A stretch of 64,000 nt of DNA. It comes from Myxococcales bacterium. GTDB lineage: Bacteria > Myxococcota_A > UBA9160 > UBA4427. Numbering within the stretch: position 1 is the first letter of the stretch; every line of letters begins with the position of its first letter. The position numbers and the translations under genes are program-made. Positions 57,763 to 64,000 of the stretch are shown here, piece after piece. The stretch spans positions 54,708-118,707 of the forward strand of contig JAAZXM010000006.1 in the NCBI GenBank assembly GCA_014240165.1, given 5' to 3'. Below the pieces are notes generated by a model. That model was not told the origin of the DNA. It saw only the letters and a list, made by a program, of their open reading frames with translations, and searched no databases.

Positions 57763-59762
57763 GCCACCACTGCATCGCCGGATTCCGACCAGCCGTGCCC
57801 TCCGGCGGCGACCACCACGAATTGCCTTCCGGACGGGCTGAGGCGATAGGTCATGGGCGTCGCGTTGGCGGTGAAGGGCAGACGCCCGCGCCACAATTCT
57901 TCGCCCGTCTCCGCCGAGAAGGCGCGCAAGAACTTATCCGTCGTGGCCCCGATGAACAGGAGTCCCGAGGCAGTCACGATGGATCCCCCGGCATTGGGCG
58001 TTCCCAACTCGAGCCAGAGTGGAAAAGGCGCCTGATCCCGGGTGCTGCCCAGCGCCGCGGTCCAGAGAACCTCGCCCGACGCCAGGTCCACCGCCGTCAG
58101 GGAACCCCAGGGCGGGCGAATGCAGGGCGCCCCGAAATTCGAAAGCAGGCTGATCCGCTTGAGCCCGTAGGGAGTGCCGGCCATCGGATAGAGTTCATCG
58201 GGGTAGACCGCTGAAGCGGGATCGAGTTTCGCGAACTCGGCGCGGGGAATCAGTTGCTGGGCCATGGCGAGATGGTTCTGGTTCACGAAAAGGAGTCCCC
58301 GGACAGGGTCTATGGAAACGCCGCCCCAATTGGCTCCTCCCGCCGAGCCCGGATATTGAATCGAGCCCTCGAGCGAGGGCGGGGTAAAGATCCCTTCGGA
58401 GCGAAAGCCCGCGATGAGGTCGCGGCAGAACGCCTCGTCGATGGGCGTAAAGCCCCAAGCATCATCAGGCCCGAGGGTCGCGGCGTGAAGCGGCGGCGGG
58501 TGGGTAGGAAAGGGCTGTGTGGGCGAGAGAATTTCGCCGGGCACAGCACCCGCTTGGGGGACCGGCCGTTCCTCCACGGGGTAGAGAGGCTCTCCGGTTT
58601 CCCGGTCGAGCAGGAAGATATGACCCATCTTCGTTGCCTGGGCGAGAGCCGGCCGCCCTCTCCCCACGCCGGGAACTTGGAAGAGCGCGGGCTGCGCGGG
58701 CGTGTCGTAATCCCAGAGATCGTTATGGACGAACTGATAGTGCCAAACCACTTCTCCGCTATCCGCGTCCAGGGCAACCGTGGACGAACCATAGTAGTCG
58801 CTGCCCCGACGCAAGCCGCCGAAACTGTCGGGCGAGGGATTGCCCGTGGGAACGAAAACAAGACGACGCGCCTCATCACCCGACATGGGCGCCCAGACGT
58901 TGGGCGTGCCGGCTTGAAAGCGCCCTTCGCCGGCTTCTCCACCGGGGGAGCGTTCCTCCCACCAGCCGGGGGGAACGGGATCCCACGCCCAGCGAAGAAC
59001 ACCCGTCTCGAGATCGAAGGCGCGAACCACGCCACTGGGCGCGTCCAGGCGCAGTTGATCAGCCACCAAGGCGCCCACCACCACGACATCGCCCACGACA
59101 ATCGGCGGTGAGGTGGGGTAGTACTCCCAGGGCGGCGCTTCACCGATGCCCTCTCGCAAGGAAACGCGGCCCCCCTTGCCGAAATCCGGGCACACCTCGC
59201 CCGTTTTGGCGTCCAGGGCGATCAACTCCGAATCCCGCGTTCCCAGATAGATCCGACTCGAGCAGGACTGCCCAGACCCATGGCCCCCGCCATCCCAATA
59301 GGCGACCCCTCGACAGGACAGCGGGTAGGGGCCGGAGCTCGAACGCGTCCTCAACTCCGGGTCGAAGACCCAGCGCTCGTCGCCGGTTTCGGCGTCCAGG
59401 GCAATGACTCGAGAAAAGGCCGTACAGAAGAAAAGCGACCCCTCGGCCACCAGGGGCGTCGCCAGAAAGGAGGTCTTGGCCTCGGAGGCGCTGCCGTGGG
59501 AGATGTCGCCGTGCCGATACTCCCAGGCGGGTACCAGTCGGTCCACGTTGGCCGGCGTGATCTGGTTCAGGGGCGAGTATTTGAGACCGCCCTTGTCGGC
59601 CCCGTACTCGCGCCACTCCGCCATGGGCCCCGAGTTGTCCCGGGGTTCATGGCTTCCGCAAGCGAACCCCACGAGGCCGAGGGTGATGAGAATTCCGGTT
59701 CGAACGGGTCGCTGGGCAGCCAAGATGGGCGCCACTGTAGCGCTCGCTCCCCGGGCTCCCAC
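57744..59762 (-). CDS. PQQ-dependent dehydrogenase (glucose/quinate type beta-propeller), probable lipoprotein
   Basis: Lipobox LVGFACG, repeated W-motif propeller blades, and N-terminal WREYGADKGGLKYSPLNQI typical of quinoproteins. Confidence 0.8.
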   Translation of the reverse strand: MGARGASATVAPILAAQRPVRTGILITLGLVGFACGSHEPRDNSGPMAEWREYGADKGGLKYSPLNQITPANVDRLVPAWEYRHGDISHGSASEAKTSFLATPLVAEGSLFFCTAFSRVIALDAETGDERWVFDPELRTRSSSGPYPLSCRGVAYWDGGGHGSGQSCSSRIYLGTRDSELIALDAKTGEVCPDFGKGGRVSLREGIGEAPPWEYYPTSPPIVVGDVVVVGALVADQLRLDAPSGVVRAFDLETGVLRWAWDPVPPGWWEERSPGGEAGEGRFQAGTPNVWAPMSGDEARRLVFVPTGNPSPDSFGGLRRGSDYYGSSTVALDADSGEVVWHYQFVHNDLWDYDTPAQPALFQVPGVGRGRPALAQATKMGHIFLLDRETGEPLYPVEERPVPQAGAVPGEILSPTQPFPTHPPPLHAATLGPDDAWGFTPIDEAFCRDLIAGFRSEGIFTPPSLEGSIQYPGSAGGANWGGVSIDPVRGLLFVNQNHLAMAQQLIPRAEFAKLDPASAVYPDELYPMAGTPYGLKRISLLSNFGAPCIRPPWGSLTAVDLASGEVLWTAALGSTRDQAPFPLWLELGTPNAGGSIVTASGLLFIGATTDKFLRAFSAETGEELWRGRLPFTANATPMTYRLSPSGRQFVVVAAGGHGWSESGDAVVAYALPD

Positions 59763-59789
59763 TGCCCTTGAAACCCGGCAAGGCCGGGC

Positions 59790-60080
59790 TCAGGCCTGGG
59801 GAATGCCGCCACCCGAAATCAGGCTCCGGACCATCTTCCACCAGAGTTCGAGACGAAGCGTCTCCTCGAAGCGTGGAACCGGAGCGGGCAACGGGCTGGG
59901 ATCCCCCAGGAAGTCGCGAAATTCGTCCACGTCGAAGCCGCTCAATTCCTCACGCGAAAGAGAGGCCAACACGTCCGACACTTCACGCTCCAGATCGAGA
60001 GACCGAAATTGGGCCGGATCTCTCCTCTCGGCGTTCTTCAGACACAGCTGTCGCCAGCCGAGCTCAACTTTCTCTCTCAT
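59790..60080 (-). CDS. Small protein translationally coupled to the ECF sigma factor (possible anti-sigma/partner)
   Basis: ATG 60080 overlaps the sigma-factor stop (ATGA). 96 aa, acidic, with no TM helix or zinc motif seen. Confidence 0.5.
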   Translation of the reverse strand: MREKVELGWRQLCLKNAERRDPAQFRSLDLEREVSDVLASLSREELSGFDVDEFRDFLGDPSPLPAPVPRFEETLRLELWWKMVRSLISGGGIPQA

Positions 60081-60718
60081 CGAGCCTGCGCCTCCCCACC
60101 GGACTCGATCGCATCGAAAATCAGCTTCTTGATGCGATAGAGGCTCGAGCGCACAGCGTCGTTGGAGCGCGCGCTGCATTCGGCAATCTCAGGAATCGAC
60201 ATATTCTCGAGGTGTCGCATTTCAAAGATTCGCCGCTGCCATTCCGGCAGTTTCGCCATCCGGCTGCTGATCGCGTGGGCATAGCGCTGGAGCGAAAGAT
60301 CCTCGTCCGGAGCACCCTGCCCAATGGAAGGCTTGGGCGTGAAATGCTCCTTGTCGACGCTCTCGAAACGTTCGCGCTGGTTTTGCGAGCGACGGATCAT
60401 GTTGTTCGACAGGTTCTTGGCGATTCCGAACATCCAGGACAGCAGTGACGACTGCCCCCGATAGTTCTCGATCGACCGAAAGATCGTGACGAAGGTTTCC
60501 TGGGTCACTTCCTCGGCGTCCGCATGATTTCGGAGACGTCCGTGAACAAAGCTGTAGATACGCTTGAAATAACGCTCGTAAAGCTCGTTGAAATGAGCCT
60601 CACTCGGTTGGCGAACGCCATCGACCAGTTCCTGATCACTTAGACTGGCAAGTGATCTCTCAACAAGGCCGCCTGGGCCGCGATTCACTGCTCCGGCGCA
60701 AAGGTTTTCTACGGGCAA
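60077..60718 (-). CDS. ECF-type RNA polymerase sigma-70 family factor
   Basis: Region 2 (EEVTQETFVTIFRSIENYRGQSSLLSWMFGIAKN) and region 4 (LPEWQRRIFEMRHLENMSIPEIAE). TTG start with a GGAGGA Shine-Dalgarno sequence. Confidence 0.85.
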   Translation of the reverse strand: MPVENLCAGAVNRGPGGLVERSLASLSDQELVDGVRQPSEAHFNELYERYFKRIYSFVHGRLRNHADAEEVTQETFVTIFRSIENYRGQSSLLSWMFGIAKNLSNNMIRRSQNQRERFESVDKEHFTPKPSIGQGAPDEDLSLQRYAHAISSRMAKLPEWQRRIFEMRHLENMSIPEIAECSARSNDAVRSSLYRIKKLIFDAIESGGEAQAR

Positions 60719-61018
60719 CTCGGATTCCTCCGGTAACCCTTCCCAAGGATCGCGTCGATTTCCCCCCGACAGTTAATAAAGTGTCCGATTTGGCGAGTTG
60801 GTGGCGATTTCTTTTGCCATAAATCATTTTTCCCCTGCGGGGGTCTCGGGCAGCCCCCGGAAAAGACGTTCTAGCCGAGGAATTGCCGCACCCGTGCGAA
60901 CCGCCTCGCCACTCTCCCCGAACCAGTGCAGTACGCTGCCCCGCCCGAGAAGCACCCGATCGGGCCATGCCTGACCGCCTCAGTCCGCCGCAATGCCCCC
61001 CACGGAGTCTCCTCTTCG

Positions 61019-61564
61019 ATGTCCAGACGCCCTGCCCTGGCCCAATCGCTGCTCGCTCTTGGCCTTTTGCTCTGGACTGCCGATGCCATGGCCGAAACGA
61101 CTTGGACGGCTTTCACCCCGAGCGATGGGAGTTTCCGCATCGACATGCCGGGGCCACCGGAAATCACGACCCGTGTCAGCGGCCTCGCCATCAGCCGCTT
61201 CGTCAGCACGGTCCACAAAGCCCACCGCGGTCACGATGCGTTCGGGGTCAACCACACGGATATCCCCAAGCCAATCCTCTTCATGGTCCCCGATAAAACG
61301 ATCCTCGAGGCCGCGCGCAAGGGCTTCCTCGAAAGCTCCGAGGCGAACCAGATCTCTTTCGAACTCTCGGAACTCGATGGACGACCCGCCTGGGCACTCG
61401 CGTACGCGATTCCCGCTCGCGCGGAACGCCCGGAACAGACGGGCGCCGCACGCCTGCTCTTCGTGGACAACCGGCTCTTCATCTTCTATAGCGAGATCGG
61501 CCCGGAGAACGCCGAGAAGGAAGACGACCGGTACTTCAAATCGATTCGCATCCCGGCCCCTTGA
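61019..61564 (+). CDS. Secreted hypothetical protein
   Basis: Signal peptide MSRRPALAQSLLALGLLLWTADAMA. No domain recognised. Confidence 0.55.
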   Translation: MSRRPALAQSLLALGLLLWTADAMAETTWTAFTPSDGSFRIDMPGPPEITTRVSGLAISRFVSTVHKAHRGHDAFGVNHTDIPKPILFMVPDKTILEAARKGFLESSEANQISFELSELDGRPAWALAYAIPARAERPEQTGAARLLFVDNRLFIFYSEIGPENAEKEDDRYFKSIRIPAP

Positions 61565-61587
61565 AGAGGCACACCCCGCGCCTGGGC

Positions 61588-62811
61588 TCAGGCTTCGGGC
61601 GGGCGCGGATCCCGGGGCAAGCCGTACCCCCGCTCCCCGATGATGTTGAGCTGAATATTGCTCGCCCCACCGGCGATGGCCGGCCCCAGGGAAAACATAT
61701 AGGCCTCGACCCAGCCTGTTGACGTGGCATTGCGCGCCCAACCCGCCACGTCTTCCGGGGCGGGGGAATACATGGCTTCGGCGCCCAGCAAATCGTAGGC
61801 GCAACGAACGATGCGTTGCATCGTATCCGTGGAGTAGAGCTTGGCCATCATCATGGGCCGCATGGCCTTCAGGGGCTCGCCGCGCACCGAGGCCGTAAAC
61901 TGCAGCATGTTGGAAGTCTCGCCGGTGCGCACGTAGCCCTCGATTTCCACCAGACGACGACGCACGCCGAGATCCTCGAGAGCCGGACGACCGTCTATAA
62001 TCGTTCGCCGGGCGAGATCTACCAGATCGTTGAAGGTGTCTCGCATCATCGTGGGGCTGGCGATCAGGTTCCGCTCGTGGATCAGCGTGGCACGCGAAAC
62101 CGCCCAACCCTCTCCTTCCCGGCCCACGATATTCTCGCTGGGCACGCGAACCTCATCGAAGAAGACCTCGTTGAACTCCATTCCGCCGGTCATCCCCTTC
62201 AACGGGCGAACTTCGATCCCGGGGCTCTTCATATCCACCAGCAGATACGTGATCCCCGCGTGCTTGGACGCGTCGGGGTCGGTGCGAAAGAGACCGAACA
62301 TCCAATCCGCCTCACGTGCATTGCTCGTCCAGATCTTCTGCCCCGAAAGCAGGTAATCGTCCCCGTCCCGACGGGCACGGCATTGCAGGGAAGCCAGGTC
62401 GCTCCCCGAACCGGGCTCGCTATAGCCCTGGCACCAGCGCTCCCGATCGGAGATCGCCAGGGGAATAAAACGCTTCTTCTGGGCGTCGGTTCCGAAATCG
62501 AGCAGTGTCGGAACCAGGAGCCCAGCGCCCTGGCTGATGGAATCCCCAGGCGCCCCCGCGGCGTAGAACTCGTCGCGCACAATGGCGTCCTTGAGGGCAT
62601 CCGGAGCCTGTCCCGCCCCTCCGTACTCGGCGGGCACATTGCGGCAGACAAAGCCCGCGCGAATTCCGCGTTCACGAAAGAGCGCCGCCTGCTCGTCCTC
62701 AGAAAGGTTCGCTTCCTCGCCCTGCAAGGGCCAACCCTCCAGGAAGTCACGCACTTGCTCGCGGTATTGCTTGTACTCCTCGGTGTATTCGAGATCCATT
62801 CGCCCTACCAC
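61588..62811 (-). CDS. Acyl-CoA dehydrogenase family protein
   Basis: ACAD three-domain pattern (RWCQGYSEPGSGSDLAS..., GQKIWTSNA). Alternative start at 62799. Confidence 0.85.
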   Translation of the reverse strand: MVGRMDLEYTEEYKQYREQVRDFLEGWPLQGEEANLSEDEQAALFRERGIRAGFVCRNVPAEYGGAGQAPDALKDAIVRDEFYAAGAPGDSISQGAGLLVPTLLDFGTDAQKKRFIPLAISDRERWCQGYSEPGSGSDLASLQCRARRDGDDYLLSGQKIWTSNAREADWMFGLFRTDPDASKHAGITYLLVDMKSPGIEVRPLKGMTGGMEFNEVFFDEVRVPSENIVGREGEGWAVSRATLIHERNLIASPTMMRDTFNDLVDLARRTIIDGRPALEDLGVRRRLVEIEGYVRTGETSNMLQFTASVRGEPLKAMRPMMMAKLYSTDTMQRIVRCAYDLLGAEAMYSPAPEDVAGWARNATSTGWVEAYMFSLGPAIAGGASNIQLNIIGERGYGLPRDPRPPEA

Positions 62812-63902
62812 CCCGCCAGATCAGCGCAGTGCTCGCGCAAGCGGTCGGGGCTTCCCAGGAAGGCGCGATCGAACATCAAGCGCTTGAAGCCCATCTGCAC
62901 ATCGCACTCCCAGGTGAAGCCGTAGCCTCCATGCAATTCCACCACGGCCCGGGCGGCCTCCATGGCTCGGTCGGAGATATGGGATTTCGCCAGGGCGGCG
63001 GCGCGAGTGCCGTCCTCTGGCAGATGATCCACCGCGTAGGCCGCGTACCAGAACAAGGCACGGCTCGGCTCGATGTCCAGGGCCAAGCGGGCCAATTGAT
63101 GCTTGACCGCTTGAAATTGCCCAATCTTCTGGCCAAATTGCTCACGGGTCTTGGCGTATTCGACCGTCTCTTCCACCAGGTGAGTCGCCGCCCCAAAAGC
63201 GTCCGCCGACACCAGCACCCGCCCGACATCGCAAAGCCGGCCGGCGATGCGAGGATCGTCGGCCAAAGGCACGCAGGGCGCTCCATCAAAATCAACGCGG
63301 AAGACCGGACGGCTCCGATCGACCCCCTCCCCGCTCTCCATGGCGACTCCCGCCGCCGAGGTTTCAACCAGGGCGAGTCGCCCGCCCTCGACGCCCACCA
63401 AGAGAAGATCCGCAGCGTCGGCATGGGGAACAAAGCATTTGCTCCCGCTCAGCGTCTCACCCGAAAGCCGGCACGCCCATGTCTGAGGCGCCCAAGCACT
63501 ATTGCTTTCGCATAGGGCGACTGTCGCGATCTGGCTGCCGTCGGCCAGCCCGGGGAGCCAGCGCGCTTGCTGATCCGAATCGCCTCCTGCCGCCAGGGCC
63601 GACGCGGCCATCACATGGCCCAGGAAGGGACTGGGAAAGCCGAACTCACCCAAGACCTCGCAGGTCAGGGCCAGATCCAGCACCTCCAACTCGGCGCCGC
63701 CGTACACCTCGGGAATGGCCAAGCCCGTCAACCCCATTTCGGCCAGGCCTCGCCACAGAGCCTCGTCATACCCCGAACCGGCGTCAAATATTTCGCGCTG
63801 CCGCGAAGGAGGACATTCGTTGGCCAGATAGCCCCGAACCGTCTCCTGGAGCAATTCCTGCTCCTCACTTAAACCGAAATCCAACGTGGGCTCCGACGTC
63901 AT
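62805..63902 (-). CDS. Acyl-CoA dehydrogenase family protein
   Basis: ACAD-like pattern (GLTGLAIPEVYGG, VELHGGYGF). Its end abuts or overlaps the start of the downstream ACAD gene. Confidence 0.8.
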   Translation of the reverse strand: MTSEPTLDFGLSEEQELLQETVRGYLANECPPSRQREIFDAGSGYDEALWRGLAEMGLTGLAIPEVYGGAELEVLDLALTCEVLGEFGFPSPFLGHVMAASALAAGGDSDQQARWLPGLADGSQIATVALCESNSAWAPQTWACRLSGETLSGSKCFVPHADAADLLLVGVEGGRLALVETSAAGVAMESGEGVDRSRPVFRVDFDGAPCVPLADDPRIAGRLCDVGRVLVSADAFGAATHLVEETVEYAKTREQFGQKIGQFQAVKHQLARLALDIEPSRALFWYAAYAVDHLPEDGTRAAALAKSHISDRAMEAARAVVELHGGYGFTWECDVQMGFKRLMFDRAFLGSPDRLREHCADLAGW

Positions 63903-64000
63903 AGGCTCGCCGGTATTCCAGGAACCGAATCCCGCAAACCGGTGAACCGAAAAGCGCGGGTAGATTAGCCTCGAATGATCGACCCGGGGCGCGAAATCTT

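Overview
This is a dense, visibly GC-rich bacterial chromosomal segment. I call about 57 protein-coding genes and one tRNA-Glu. I saw no rRNA, CRISPR array, transposase, integrase or prophage signature. Most of the content is recognisable housekeeping. It includes ispD-ispF-cysS-uvrB-uvrC, yajC-secD-secF, metK, ilvBN, trkH, prmA, queE and comEC. It also includes the sigma-54/PTS-Ntr block rpoN-ptsN-hprK-rapZ-EIIA(Man)-HPr, plus envelope and signalling genes: TolC, bactofilin, LolA-like/DUF1302-like, an ECF sigma, an NtrC-type activator, an RR-HD-GYP and a hybrid kinase. The gene content (bactofilin, DUF4388-J-domain protein, short HprK, many sigma-54 parts, an exosortase) is reminiscent of a Myxococcota/deltaproteobacteria-like lineage; that is inference only. 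Six places do not reduce to textbook annotation. (1) A co-oriented block at 10080-16626: tiny membrane protein, Dgt-type dGTPase, two orphan proteins, then a lone QueE. One orphan is about 940 aa with an Arg/Glu-rich disordered centre and a degenerate DHH-like C-terminus. (2) A comEC-exosortase-membrane protein-S9 peptidase-metalloprotease string with no visible sorting-signal substrate. (3) An RR-HD-GYP / V4R-STAS / DUF4388-J-TPR trio. (4) A P-loop kinase-dCMP deaminase fusion with the same domain layout as anti-phage dCTP deaminases. (5) A near-consensus sigma-54 promoter driving an orphan 137-aa gene. (6) Two unusually long non-coding regions with internal repeat or palindrome structure, upstream of rpoN and upstream of ilvB. 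All calls come from by-eye reading of the ORF translations and the DNA. No database search or computation was run.
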